Shown: positions 44,860 to 54,946 of the stretch, piece by piece | How the letters are laid out: every line of letters begins with the position of its first letter | How positions within the stretch are numbered: position 1 is the stretch's first letter | NCBI GenBank assembly: GCA_051000395.1 | Contig: JBPCOI010000078.1 | Coordinates: 15,780-79,779, forward strand | Direction: 5' to 3' | Source of the DNA: Jatrophihabitantaceae bacterium | Lineage (GTDB): Bacteria; Actinomycetota; Actinomycetes; Mycobacteriales; Jatrophihabitantaceae | Length of the DNA: 64,000 bases | The notes under the pieces: model-generated | Told to the model about the DNA's origin: nothing | Databases searched by the model: none | The model's input: only the letters and a program-made list of their open reading frames with translations | Translations under genes and position numbers: made by a program

Positions 44860-47190
44860 GTGAGCACAGCGAGGCCGTCGCCCAGCAGCGGCAACCGCAG
44901 CGGCAGCAACGGCGGCAGCGGAGCGAACGGCACGGACGGCGCGGACGGCGCCGGCCTGCGGGCGCGGCTCCGGCGCCGCCGGGCGGCCAAGAAGCGCCGT
45001 ATCGCCACGATGTCGCGCGGGCGCCGGCTGCTGCGGCGCTTCGCGGTGGCCGGGACGTGGCTGCTGGCGATGTTCACCGCGCTGCTCGTCGCGCTCGTGG
45101 TGCTGTTCTACACGCTCAGCAATGTGCCGCGCCCGGAGAGCCTGCCGCTGCCGCAGGTCGCCACGATCGAGTACGCGGACGGCTCGACGATGGCCAAGAT
45201 CGGCACCGTGAACCGCACCACGGTCACGCTGGACCAGGTGCCCGAGCAGGTGCGCTGGGACGTGCTCGCTGCCGAGGACCGCAACTTCTACAGCGAGCCC
45301 GGCGTGTCGATCAGGGGCACGCTGCGCGCGGCGCTCGCCGACGTCACCGGCGGCGACACCCAGGGCGGCTCGGGCATCACCCAGCAGTACGCGAAGAACG
45401 CCTACCTCAGCGACTCGCGCACCCTGTCGCGCAAGCTCAAGGAGCTCATGATCGCGGTGAAGCTCTCGCGCGAGTACTCCAAGAACGAGATCCTCGGCTT
45501 CTACCTGAACACCGTCTACTTCGGCCGCGGCGCGTACGGCATCCAGGCCGCCGCGCAGACCTACTTCGGCAAGGATGTCGGGAAGCTGGACGTCGCGCAG
45601 GGCGCCGTGCTGGCCGCCCTGCTGCGGGCACCGAGTTACTACGACCCGGCGAACAACCCCGCCGAGGCCAGGGCCCGGTGGAAGTACGTCCTGGACGGCA
45701 TGGTGGCCACCCACCACCTCCCCGCGGCGCAGGAAGCGGCGCTGAGCTACCCGAAGGTCGCGCCCCCGAACGATGCGCAGCTCGGCGCGAGCGGCCCGAC
45801 GGCGTTGATCGTGCACCAGGTGATCGACGAGCTCGAGGCGCACGGCATCAGCGCCGCGGAGATCAACACGCGTGGCCTGACGGTCCGCACGACCATCGAC
45901 CGCACCGCGCAGGCTGACGCGCAGAAGGCGATCACGCAGACGTTCTCGAACCTGACTAGCCAGCAACGCAACTTCAAGAACGCGCTGGTCGCGATCAGCC
46001 CGGGCTCGGGCGCGGTGCTGGCCTACTACGGCGGCCCGAACGCCAAGGGATACAACGGCAAGATCGACAACTTCGACTACGCCGGTATCGGCACCCGTCC
46101 ACCCGGCTCGTCGTTCAAGCCGTACACGCTGGCCACCGTGCTCACCCAGACGGTGGACAAGACCAGGGGCAAGCAGCGGTTGACGATCAGCAGCTACGTG
46201 GACGGAAGTTTCTGCGTGACGATCGAGGGGCGCCGGATCTGCAACGATCCGGGAGACAGCGGTGTGAGCAGCTCGTCGGTCTCGATCCGCGCCGCGATGA
46301 AGTACTCGCTGAACACGACCTTCGACCAACTCGCCGTGCAGGCCGGACCGGACAACGTGGCCGCCACGGCGCACGCGGCCGGAATCCCGAAGACCGACCC
46401 GAACGGCAACCCGCTGCTCGTGGACCGCAACGGGCACACCGGCTTCGACATCGGCATCGGCGGCTACCCGGTGACACCACTCGACCAGGCCGTCGGCTTC
46501 GCCACCTTCGCCAACAACGGGATCCGCAACGGCGCCTACTTCGTCACGACGGTGACCGACGCCTCTGGTGCGACGGTGTACCAGCACAAGTCGGCCGGCA
46601 CTCGCACAATCGATCTGAAGGTGGCCAACGACGTCACGCTCTCGCTGGAGCCGATCGCCGCGTACTCCAACGACCCCCTCTCGGGCGGCCGCGTGTCCGC
46701 GGCCAAGACGGGAACCGAGGGAATCACCCACGGCCCGGACACCGGACAGAACAGCGACGCCTGGATGGTGGGGTACACGCCGCGGGTCAGCGTGGCGGTC
46801 TGGGCCGGCAGCGGCGACTCGACCCATGCGATCTACAACGGCTCCGGCGGTCAGGAATACGGCGCCGACCTGCCCGGCAAGACCTGGGCGATGTTCATGG
46901 ACACCTACCTGTCCGGCACGCCGGAGTTGCCGATGGCCACGACGCAGCTGGTGACGGGCGGGATCAACACCGCCCGCGTCCCGACGTACACGCCCTCGCC
47001 GTCGCCCACGCCGTCGACGTCCCAGAAGCCGTCGCCGACGTTCACCATCAAGACCACGTTCTCCTCGGCGCCGCCACCGCCGCCGAGCACGAGTTCCAGC
47101 GCGCCCGTGCCGCCCCCGCCGCCGCCGACCACCCCGTCGCCGCCGCCCACGACGTGCACGCCGTCGCTGCTCGGACCGCCCTGCCCGTAG
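44860..47190 (+). CDS. ponA: Class A penicillin-binding protein (transglycosylase/transpeptidase)
   Basis: GT51 motifs AAEDRNFYSEPGVS and GGSGITQQYAKN. Transpeptidase SxxK in PGSSFKPY. Pro-rich C-terminus. TACCCT sits 7 nt before GTG 44860. Confidence 0.92.
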   Translation: MSTARPSPSSGNRSGSNGGSGANGTDGADGAGLRARLRRRRAAKKRRIATMSRGRRLLRRFAVAGTWLLAMFTALLVALVVLFYTLSNVPRPESLPLPQVATIEYADGSTMAKIGTVNRTTVTLDQVPEQVRWDVLAAEDRNFYSEPGVSIRGTLRAALADVTGGDTQGGSGITQQYAKNAYLSDSRTLSRKLKELMIAVKLSREYSKNEILGFYLNTVYFGRGAYGIQAAAQTYFGKDVGKLDVAQGAVLAALLRAPSYYDPANNPAEARARWKYVLDGMVATHHLPAAQEAALSYPKVAPPNDAQLGASGPTALIVHQVIDELEAHGISAAEINTRGLTVRTTIDRTAQADAQKAITQTFSNLTSQQRNFKNALVAISPGSGAVLAYYGGPNAKGYNGKIDNFDYAGIGTRPPGSSFKPYTLATVLTQTVDKTRGKQRLTISSYVDGSFCVTIEGRRICNDPGDSGVSSSSVSIRAAMKYSLNTTFDQLAVQAGPDNVAATAHAAGIPKTDPNGNPLLVDRNGHTGFDIGIGGYPVTPLDQAVGFATFANNGIRNGAYFVTTVTDASGATVYQHKSAGTRTIDLKVANDVTLSLEPIAAYSNDPLSGGRVSAAKTGTEGITHGPDTGQNSDAWMVGYTPRVSVAVWAGSGDSTHAIYNGSGGQEYGADLPGKTWAMFMDTYLSGTPELPMATTQLVTGGINTARVPTYTPSPSPTPSTSQKPSPTFTIKTTFSSAPPPPPSTSSSAPVPPPPPPTTPSPPPTTCTPSLLGPPCP

Positions 47191-47227
47191 CGCCGTCCGC
47201 CGGGCGCCGGCGTGCCAGGATGTCCGG

Positions 47228-48694
47228 GTGACGTCCCCGGCCGGGCCCAGCGGCGACCTCGACGTCCCCGCGCCGCCGAGCCACGTCGACCCCACGGTGG
47301 GCCGGGCGAGCCGGGCGATCGGCGGGAGCTGGGGACGCTACGCCGGCGTGTGGCCCGGCACGTGGTGGACGCCGGTGCGCATCCTGCTCGCGCTGACCAG
47401 CATCACTCTGCTGCTCGGGTTCGCGCAGAAGTCCCCGTGCGCGTCGGGCGACTGGACCGGCAACAAGCAATACACCCACATGTGCTATTCGGACATCGTC
47501 CCGCTCTGGAGCGACGAGCGCATCGACGTCGGAGCCGTCCCGTACCGCGACACCGCGGTGGAGTACCCGGTGCTGACCGGGGGCTTCATGTGGCTGGCCG
47601 GCGATCTCACCCGCGCGGCCCACGGCCTGGACTCCGGCTGGTCGGAGCTCGTCGTCTACGTCGCGATCACCTCGCTACTGCTCGCCGCGTGCGGACTGGT
47701 GGTGAGCGCGGGCACGGCCGGCGCGGCCGGCCGGCGTCCCTACGACGCGGCGATCTTCGCGCTGTCGCCGCTGCTCGTGTTCCACGCGTTCTCCAACTGG
47801 GACCTGTTCGCGATGGCGCTGACCAGCGGTGCGCTGTGGGCGTGGGCCCGACGAAAACCGGTGCTGGCCGGGGCCCTGATCGGTCTCGGCACCGCCGCCA
47901 AGCTGTACCCGGTCTTCCTGCTCGTCGCGCTCGCCGTGCTCGCCTACCGCACCCGCCGCTACGCCCCCACGGTGTGGGCGGGCGCGTCGGCCGCGGCGGT
48001 GTGGGCGGCGGTCAACGTGCCGGTCGCGCTCGCCTACCCGCACGCCTGGTGGCAGTTCTACCGCTTCAGCGCCGACCGTTATACCGAGCGCAGCACGCTG
48101 TGGGCGATGGGCAAGACGATCGCGACGAGCGGCTTCAATTCCTCCGACAACACCTACTGGGTACCGCCCGGCGCGCTCGTCGCCCTCGCGCTCGTCGTCG
48201 CTCTGGCCGGCGTGGTCTGGCTGGCGCTGCGGGCGCCGCACCGGCCGCGACTGGGGCAACTGGCGTTCCTGGTCGTGCTCGCGTTCCTGCTGACGACGAA
48301 GGTGTGGAGCCCGCAGTACTCGCTGTGGCTCGTGCCGCTGCTGGCGCTGGCCCGCCCCCGCTGGCGGTTGTCGCTGATCTGGCAGTTCACCGAGATCCTG
48401 GTGTGGATCATGACGTTGACGCTGCTGCTGGGCGACACACCGGGGCAGCAGGGTCACGGCATCGGCTACGGCTGGCTGATGCTGGTGCTGCTCGTGCGCG
48501 ACGGGTTGCTGCTGGCGATCGCGGCCCTCGTGGTGCGCGAGATGTGGCGTCCGGAACTGGACATCGTGCGCTCCGGCGGGATGGACGACCCCGCGGGCGG
48601 CTGCTTCGACGGCGCCGCGGACCGTCCGCGGCGTCCGGCGGCCGAGGAGTTGCCGCAGGGTCCCCTCGTAACCGACACTGGAAGCAGTCGTTAG
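47228..48694 (+). CDS. DUF2029/GT87-like polytopic membrane glycosyltransferase (Rv0051 position)
   Basis: ~10 TM. VEYPVLTGGFMWLAG motif region. Its position after ponA matches M. tuberculosis Rv0050-Rv0051. Confidence 0.72.
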   Translation: MTSPAGPSGDLDVPAPPSHVDPTVGRASRAIGGSWGRYAGVWPGTWWTPVRILLALTSITLLLGFAQKSPCASGDWTGNKQYTHMCYSDIVPLWSDERIDVGAVPYRDTAVEYPVLTGGFMWLAGDLTRAAHGLDSGWSELVVYVAITSLLLAACGLVVSAGTAGAAGRRPYDAAIFALSPLLVFHAFSNWDLFAMALTSGALWAWARRKPVLAGALIGLGTAAKLYPVFLLVALAVLAYRTRRYAPTVWAGASAAAVWAAVNVPVALAYPHAWWQFYRFSADRYTERSTLWAMGKTIATSGFNSSDNTYWVPPGALVALALVVALAGVVWLALRAPHRPRLGQLAFLVVLAFLLTTKVWSPQYSLWLVPLLALARPRWRLSLIWQFTEILVWIMTLTLLLGDTPGQQGHGIGYGWLMLVLLVRDGLLLAIAALVVREMWRPELDIVRSGGMDDPAGGCFDGAADRPRRPAAEELPQGPLVTDTGSSR

Positions 48695-48755
48695 TCCGGA
48701 CGTCCGCCCGCGGGTTACGCTGGCGTAGGTACCGTAGGCCCAGGGAGAGGCAAGC

Positions 48756-49928
48756 ATGGCAGGTGAGCACCGCGCCGCAGACCGGCATGGGCGGCGCTCG
48801 CACTGGCTGCGGCAGCGCGGCCTGCGCTGGTTCGCCGGCGCCGCAGCTCTCGGCGTGGCCGCTGCCTCGGTCATCGCCACCGCTCCACTGGGTGACGCGC
48901 CGGTTTCCGCGGCGACGCCGCGGCCGCACTACCACTCCGGAAGCGACACCGCGACGTTCACCGTCACGGGAGTGCTCGACAGCAACTGCTTGATCTCGAC
49001 CGGCGGGACCGAGGTCTGGATCCGGCCCGGCGATGCGATCAACTTCAAGTCGTCGCTGGTCGGGATCGACATCGCGTCGATCAATCCGCTGGGCCTGCTG
49101 CACATCGCCGGGCTCAACGTCGACGCCGTAATCGACCAGGGCACCAGTCACCAGCAGAAGATCCACGTAACCGGCGGCAAGACCACCGCGTTCCCGAACG
49201 CGGCGCGGCTGTCCAGCGGCGACCACACCCTCATGTGGACGTCCAAGTCGGTCAACGTGCTCGGGGTGGCTGACATCCCGCTGAGCCCCAACAACCTCAG
49301 CGCCGTCGGCGCGTCGTTCAGCTGGTCGGGGATCATCCACGTGACCACCACCGCGCCGCAGTGCAAGCTCGCGGTGAGCACTCCGACGATCCACGCCCAC
49401 GTCGGCCCGATCAACATCACGGTGCCCGGGGTCAGCGTGGGTGTCCCCGCCCCGAACCTCGGCACGGTCTTGCCGTCGCTCACCCAGCCGGGCACGCCGC
49501 ACAAGTCGCACACCACCACCGTGCCGAAGAAGAAGACGACATCCCGCACGGGCTTCGTGTACACGCCGATGGGGCCGAGCATCCCGGACCTGGTCGTGCC
49601 CCAGGGCGGCGGTACGGGCGCCTTCGGTGACACCGGCGGCTTCGGCGGGGTACTACCAGGCGGCAGCGGTGGCAGCGTGCTCGCCGGCGGGGCACTGCCC
49701 GGCGCCAACACCTCAGGCGGCAAGAGCTCGTCGGGTAACTTCTCGTCCAACGGCTTCACCTCGCCCCAGCTGGCCAACAACGCGGTGAACGCCACGAACG
49801 CGTCCCCGAGCGGCCAGCTGCCGGTCGTCCTGGCGATCATCGCGATCATCGCGCTGTCCCTGGTCACCGCCACCTACGCGCGGCTGTTCCTGCTGCGGCG
49901 CAGCACGCCGCCGCCGTCCAAGCGCTGA
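48756..49928 (+). CDS. Hypothetical secreted protein with C-terminal membrane anchor
   Basis: R-rich N-terminus plus signal-like FAGAAALGVAAASVIA. ~230-aa beta-rich region, Gly/Ser-rich linker. C-terminal TM (LPVVLAIIAIIALSLVTATYARLFLL) followed by RR. Confidence 0.55.
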   Translation: MAGEHRAADRHGRRSHWLRQRGLRWFAGAAALGVAAASVIATAPLGDAPVSAATPRPHYHSGSDTATFTVTGVLDSNCLISTGGTEVWIRPGDAINFKSSLVGIDIASINPLGLLHIAGLNVDAVIDQGTSHQQKIHVTGGKTTAFPNAARLSSGDHTLMWTSKSVNVLGVADIPLSPNNLSAVGASFSWSGIIHVTTTAPQCKLAVSTPTIHAHVGPINITVPGVSVGVPAPNLGTVLPSLTQPGTPHKSHTTTVPKKKTTSRTGFVYTPMGPSIPDLVVPQGGGTGAFGDTGGFGGVLPGGSGGSVLAGGALPGANTSGGKSSSGNFSSNGFTSPQLANNAVNATNASPSGQLPVVLAIIAIIALSLVTATYARLFLLRRSTPPPSKR

Positions 49929-50069
49929 ACTCCCCCCGGCGCAGTGCGTCGGGTGTCGGCCCACGCGGCAGTCCGACGATTTCGGGTTCCCGGGGTGCGC
50001 CCGGTAACCTGGCATGGTTCGCCCGCCGTGATCGGGGACCTACCCGGAAGTGTCGTACGGCGCGAGCAT

Positions 50070-50112
50070 CCTCCTGCTGCGGAGAGTCCGCGGCCGACCA
50101 GTCCACAGGAGG
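50070..50112 (+). promoter_or_regulatory. Anti-SD/SD hairpin in the rpsF leader
   Basis: CCTCCTG (50070-50076) is the exact complement of CAGGAGG (50106-50112), which contains the only strong SD before rpsF. An inner GCGGA-gag-TCCGC mini-hairpin is also present. Confidence 0.4.
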
Positions 50113-50132
50113 CAGTTGCCTTGACCAGCGCC

Positions 50133-50423
50133 ATGCGCCATTACGAAGTGATGGTCATTCTCGATCCCAGTCTCGAAGAGCGCACCATCGCGCCCTCGCT
50201 CGACACGTTTCTGTCCGTCGTGAAGTCCGACGGTGGCGCGGTCGAAAAGGTCGACATCTGGGGCAAGCGCCGGATGGCCTACGAGATCGACAAGCACGTC
50301 GAGGGCATCTACGCCGTCATCGATCTGCAGGCCAACCCCGCGGCCGTCCAGGAGCTCGACCGTCAGCTCAACCTCAACGAATCGGTGCTGCGGACCAAGG
50401 TCCTGCGCCCGGACGCGCGGTAA
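50133..50423 (+). CDS. rpsF: 30S ribosomal protein S6
   Basis: [18 protein letters not shown]... matches the canonical S6 N-terminus. The upstream 63 codons of the track ORF are discarded. Confidence 0.95.
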   Translation: MRHYEVMVILDPSLEERTIAPSLDTFLSVVKSDGGAVEKVDIWGKRRMAYEIDKHVEGIYAVIDLQANPAAVQELDRQLNLNESVLRTKVLRPDAR

Positions 50424-50429
50424 CCGGCA

Positions 50430-50933
50430 ATGGCAGGCGACACCGTCATCACCGTGGTCGGCAACCTCACCGCCGACCCCGAGCTGCGCTTCACCGCGTC
50501 GGGCGCGGCCGTCGCGTCGTTCACCATCGCGTCGACGCCGCGCAGCTTCGACAAGAACACCAACGCGTGGAAGGACGGCGAGGCGCTGTTCCTGCGCTGC
50601 TCGCTGTGGCGCCAGGCCGCGGAGAACGCGGCCGAGTCGCTGACCCGCGGCATACGGGTGATCGCGCAGGGGCGGCTACAGCAGCGCTCCTACGAGACGC
50701 GCGAGGGCGAGAAGCGCACCGTCATCGAGCTGCAGGTCGACGAGGTCGGCCCCTCGCTGAAGTACGCCTCGGCCAAGGTGAACCGCACCCAGCGCGGCTC
50801 CTCCAGCGGCGGCGGGTTCGGCTCGTCCGGCTCGGATGCCGGCGGCGGCGGCGGCGCTCCTGCCGAGGACCCGTGGGGCTCGGCACCGGCCGCCGGTAGC
50901 GGCGGCGGTTTCTCCGAAGAGCCCCCATTCTGA
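50430..50933 (+). CDS. ssb: Single-stranded DNA-binding protein
   Basis: OB-fold N-terminus [14 protein letters not shown], Gly-rich linker, acidic tip EEPPF. Confidence 0.96.
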   Translation: MAGDTVITVVGNLTADPELRFTASGAAVASFTIASTPRSFDKNTNAWKDGEALFLRCSLWRQAAENAAESLTRGIRVIAQGRLQQRSYETREGEKRTVIELQVDEVGPSLKYASAKVNRTQRGSSSGGGFGSSGSDAGGGGGAPAEDPWGSAPAAGSGGGFSEEPPF

Positions 50934-51023
50934 ACAACCCCTTCCGCGGATCTTAATACGCCGGACGCGTCCTGACGTGTCCTGAGTATCAAGATCGCCC
51001 AGCTACGACACGGAGTACCTGAC

Positions 51024-51260
51024 ATGGCCAAGCCCCCCATCCGCAAGCCGAAGAAGAAGGCGAACCCCCTGCTCGCCGCCAAGATCGGCTACATCGACTA
51101 CAAGGACACCAACCTGCTGTGCAAGTTCGTGTCCGACCGCGGCAAGATCCGTGCCCGCCGGGTCACCGGCGTGAGCTCGCAGCAGCAGCGCCAGCTCGCC
51201 AAGGCGATCAAGAACGCCCGCGAGATGGCGCTGCTCCCCTACACCTCGACCGCGCGCTAG
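51024..51260 (+). CDS. rpsR: 30S ribosomal protein S18
   Basis: 78 aa. [26 protein letters not shown]. Confidence 0.96.
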   Translation: MAKPPIRKPKKKANPLLAAKIGYIDYKDTNLLCKFVSDRGKIRARRVTGVSSQQQRQLAKAIKNAREMALLPYTSTAR

Positions 51261-51269
51261 GAGGCAGCC

Positions 51270-51716
51270 GTGAAGCTCATCCTCACCCGTGAGGTAGCCG
51301 GGCTCGGTCTGGCCGGAGACGTCGTCGAAGTCGCCGACGGCTACGGACGCAACTTCCTGGTGCCGCGCGGCGCGGCAATCACGTGGAGCAAGGGCGCCGA
51401 GAAGCAGATCGTGCAGATCAGGCGCGCGCGCGACGCCCGCGAGATCCGTGATCTCGGACACGCCCGCGAGATCAAGGCCGAGCTCGAGAAGCTGTCCGTC
51501 ACGCTCGGCGCGCGTGCCGGCGATGGCGGACGGCTGTTCGGTTCGATCACCGCGGCCGACGTGGCCGGCGCCGTCAAGGACGCCGGCGGCCCGCTGCTGG
51601 ACCGCAAGCGCATCCAGTTGCCGGGGCACATCAAGACGACCGGATCGCACACCGTGACCGTCGACCTGCATCCCGACGTCGTAGCGTCCGTACCGCTGAC
51701 CGTGAACGCGGTCTGA
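51270..51716 (+). CDS. rplI: 50S ribosomal protein L9
   Basis: MKLILTREVAGLGLAGDVVEVADGYGRNFLVPRG. AGGAGG RBS overlaps the rpsR stop. Confidence 0.96.
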   Translation: MKLILTREVAGLGLAGDVVEVADGYGRNFLVPRGAAITWSKGAEKQIVQIRRARDAREIRDLGHAREIKAELEKLSVTLGARAGDGGRLFGSITAADVAGAVKDAGGPLLDRKRIQLPGHIKTTGSHTVTVDLHPDVVASVPLTVNAV

Positions 51717-51799
51717 CCACTCCGCTCTCCTCCGGCTCGTCCGGCACACGGCGTCGTGCCGGACGGGCGCGGCGCGGAGCAAGCAGTTACGGTGCGAGC

Positions 51800-52819
51800 G
51801 TGCAGGAAGACGAGCTTCGCCAGCGCGACCGCGATGGGGCCCGGGCCCGTCATCGCGGATCGGACGCGCGCGGCGAAGATCCGGGGCACGGGACGGATGC
51901 TGTGCGCACGAGCGGCGACGTCGCACGCCACTCGAAGGCACCGCGCCCGTGGCGCGAGGCGGATCCGGTGCCTGTGCCGGCCTATGCTCCGGACGCGCGG
52001 ACCGTCGCGCCCCGGGCGAGCCTCGCTGCGCCGGCGGCGTCCTCCCGCCCGGGGGTCCAGGACGAAACAGAGCCCGCCGCCGCGCGAGCCGAGCTGCACG
52101 CGGCTCGCGCCGAACTCGCCGCCGTCCGAGCCGAACTGCAGGCCGTCCGGCTCGAGCACCACGCCGAGCGGGGACGTCGCGAAGACGCCGAGCAACGCGC
52201 CGCGGACGCCCGTCAGGAGGCCGAGGCGGCACGCGAGGGCGGCGCGATCGCGCTCGGCAAGATGCGTGACCGCTGCATCGAGCAGATCGAGTTGCGCAAG
52301 GACACCGAACGCCAGGCGCTCGCTGCGGCGCAGCGCGCTGCCGACACGTACCGCATGCTCAGCGAGCAGTGCGCGGAGCTGCAGGCGCACCTGGCTCGCT
52401 CGCGCCAGGAGACCGGCGCGGTTCGCGAGGAGCTCGCCGAACAGCTCCGGCGCACGCAGGCCGGTGATCGGCGCATTGCGGGCACGCGGCAGCAGCTGAT
52501 CGAGGCCGAGCAGCAGGGTGCCGCCGCCGATCATCGCCTGGCCGGCACCCGGCAGCAGCTGATCGAGGCCGAGCAACTGCTGCACGAAGCGCAGGTGGCG
52601 GCAGCGGCAGCCCGCACGGCCGACGAACGGCGCCGTAGCGAACTGCAGCGGCGCCTGGAGCAGGCGGCGCAGCGCGCGGTAGACGCCGACGCAAAGCGAG
52701 TGGCCGCCGAGCAACGCGTCCTCAGCGCCGAACAGCATGTCGCCGAAGCCGACCAGCAATTGCTCGCCGTCGCGCAGTTGGTGTCCGGATTGCAGCAGCG
52801 TTCCCGCACTGCGAAGTGA
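51800..52819 (+). CDS. Coiled-coil protein (Arg-rich disordered N-terminus + ~230-aa helical rod)
   Basis: High GC3 in this frame. A/E/R/Q-rich heptad-like sequence. Exact 26-nt duplication (52487-52512 and 52550-52575) gives a 21-aa tandem repeat AGTRQQLIEAEQ. Confidence 0.6.
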   Translation: MQEDELRQRDRDGARARHRGSDARGEDPGHGTDAVRTSGDVARHSKAPRPWREADPVPVPAYAPDARTVAPRASLAAPAASSRPGVQDETEPAAARAELHAARAELAAVRAELQAVRLEHHAERGRREDAEQRAADARQEAEAAREGGAIALGKMRDRCIEQIELRKDTERQALAAAQRAADTYRMLSEQCAELQAHLARSRQETGAVREELAEQLRRTQAGDRRIAGTRQQLIEAEQQGAAADHRLAGTRQQLIEAEQLLHEAQVAAAAARTADERRRSELQRRLEQAAQRAVDADAKRVAAEQRVLSAEQHVAEADQQLLAVAQLVSGLQQRSRTAK

Positions 52820-52978
52820 GCAACGACGCTCGACGCGGCCACCTGACGATGGTCAACTTCGCTGTCCGTCCTTCTGTGGCTATCGTCGTGGGGCGAGCGT
52901 CTGGCCAGCGTGGACCGGGATGCCGCGGCCGGCTGCGGCCGACGCCGAGAACGACCTGGAAAGTGAAACGGGAGGCCA

Positions 52979-54946
52979 GTGATGGGGGCCGTGCAGCAGC
53001 GCGAGAGCGCGCGCAAGGACGACGCCGAGGCCCGCATCGCGGAGGCCCGCATCGCCGAGGCGGAGCAGCGCCTGGCCGACGAGCGCGCCGCGGCATCGCG
53101 ACGCCTCTCGGCGATCATGGCCGAGGTCGCTGAGGAACTCGAAGCCGAACGCAGCGAGAAGAAGGCCCTGCAGCAGGCCCACGACGAGCAGGCCGCTGCG
53201 CGCGCCGAGGCCGAGCAACGCCTGATCGACAACGAGCAGTCTCAGCAGAGCGCGCAGCAGTCCGAGCATGAGCGGCGCGCGGAGGCTGAGGCCCGGGTCG
53301 CCGAGCTCACCGTCGCGCTCGACGAGCACCGGGCCACGCTGGACGCCCTGCAGCAGGCGCACGACGCTCACGCCACCGCCCGCGCCGAGGCCGAGAAGCG
53401 CCAGGCGGAGAGCGAGCAGCTGCTGCAGGATGCCCGGCACAGCCACGAGGCCGACCACGCCAGGGAACTCGATGTCGAGCGCAGCGCGAAGCAGGTGCTC
53501 TCGGCCGAACGCGACGAGCACGCGGCCGCCCGCGACGCGGCGCGCGAGCAGCTCCTCGAGAGCGAGCAGGAGCTGCGGGCCGCCCGCGAGAGCCAGGAAA
53601 TCGAGGGCACACGGCGCGCTGAGGCCGAGGCCCGCGTCGCGGAGCTGACTGCGACGCTCGACGAGCAGCGTGCGAAAATCGACACGCTGCAGGAGGCACG
53701 CGACGAGCAGGCCAGCAGCCGCGAGACTGCCGAGGCCCGGCTTGCCGAGGCCGAGCAGAGCGTGCACGAGCACACCGAGCGCGCGGCGGCAGCCGAGCGT
53801 CGCCTCGCCGGCAACACGGCCGCATTGACGGAGGAACTCGAGATGGAACGCACCGCGAAGCTGGCCCTTCAGGTCTCCCACGACGAACAGGCAGCCGGCA
53901 GGGAGAACGCCGAGCAGAAGCTCGCGGCGACCGAGCGGTCCTTGACGGAGGCGCAAACGGCGTTGCAGGAGGCAGAGGAACGCCAACAGGCCGAGCAGGA
54001 ACGTCTCGCCCAGGCCGAGGCGCGGGTCAGCGAGCTGAGCGCCCAGCTGGCCGAGCAGCAGGCCAAGCTCGATTCGGCGCAGCAGATCCACGACGAGCAG
54101 GTCGCGGCCCGCGAGGCGGCAGAGCTGCGTCGCGACGAGGCCGAGGAGACGATGCGGGCGGCACTGGCGGCCAACCAGCCCGAGATCGAGCGCGCCAATG
54201 CCGCCGAGCGCCAGCTCGCCGTCATCACCGCCGAGGTCGCCGAGGAACTGGAGATGCAGCGCAACGCACGGCAGTCGCTGCGGATCGTGCGCGACGAGCA
54301 CGCCGCCGCCCGCGAGGCCGCTGAGCAGCGCCGGGCCGAGGCCGAGCAGGCGATGGAGGCCGCGCAGGCCGCGCACCGTGCCGAGTCGCGGCGCCGGGCG
54401 CAGGCCGATGCCCGCTCCGCCGAGCTGGCCGCCCAGGCCGAGGAGCACCGGGCTCGCGCCGACGCCCTGCAGAGCGCGCACGACGAGCACGCCGCGGCGC
54501 GCGACGCGGCCGAGCAGCGCCTCACCGAGCTCGAGCAGGCGCTGAAGGAGGCCGAAGCGGCCCGCGACGCCGAGACTGAGCGCGCCGCAGCCGAGGAGCA
54601 TAAGCTGTCCGCCCTCACGGCCAAGCTCACCGAGGAACTGGAGATGCAGCGCAGCGAGACCCGCGCGCAGCAGTACAAGCACCAGCAGGGACACGCCAAC
54701 GAAGTCCGGCGCCGGGAACTCGCCGAGCAGGCGCGAGCTGAGGCCGAGCAGGCACGCGCGGAGGCCGAGCGACGCTACGAGGAGGCCGAGGCTCGCCGGG
54801 CGGAGGCCGAGACGGCTCGCGAGGAGGCCGAGGACCGCCGGGCGGAGGCCGAGAAGGACCTGGCGAACGCCGACGAGCAGCTCGCCGGTGCCGCCCAGGC
54901 GCTGGCCACCTTCCAGCTGCGTTCCCGTCCGCAGGCCGACGCCTGA
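52979..54946 (+). CDS. Long modular coiled-coil protein (~655 aa)
   Basis: GGGAGG RBS before GTG 52979/ATG 52982. Almost entirely A/E/R/Q/L. Alternating A modules (EELE[AM][EQ]R...HDE[QH]AAAR.AAEQ) and B modules (RRAEAEARVAELT..LDE.RA..D.LQ), about 4.5 times. Confidence 0.75.
   Translation: MMGAVQQRESARKDDAEARIAEARIAEAEQRLADERAAASRRLSAIMAEVAEELEAERSEKKALQQAHDEQAAARAEAEQRLIDNEQSQQSAQQSEHERRAEAEARVAELTVALDEHRATLDALQQAHDAHATARAEAEKRQAESEQLLQDARHSHEADHARELDVERSAKQVLSAERDEHAAARDAAREQLLESEQELRAARESQEIEGTRRAEAEARVAELTATLDEQRAKIDTLQEARDEQASSRETAEARLAEAEQSVHEHTERAAAAERRLAGNTAALTEELEMERTAKLALQVSHDEQAAGRENAEQKLAATERSLTEAQTALQEAEERQQAEQERLAQAEARVSELSAQLAEQQAKLDSAQQIHDEQVAAREAAELRRDEAEETMRAALAANQPEIERANAAERQLAVITAEVAEELEMQRNARQSLRIVRDEHAAAREAAEQRRAEAEQAMEAAQAAHRAESRRRAQADARSAELAAQAEEHRARADALQSAHDEHAAARDAAEQRLTELEQALKEAEAARDAETERAAAEEHKLSALTAKLTEELEMQRSETRAQQYKHQQGHANEVRRRELAEQARAEAEQARAEAERRYEEAEARRAEAETAREEAEDRRAEAEKDLANADEQLAGAAQALATFQLRSRPQADA

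Noticed and set aside
44836-47295. 819-aa minus-strand ORF opposite ponA
   Set aside because: It is the longest shadow ORF in the window. Its Arg/Gly/Asp-rich translation contrasts with clear GT51 and transpeptidase motifs on the plus strand.
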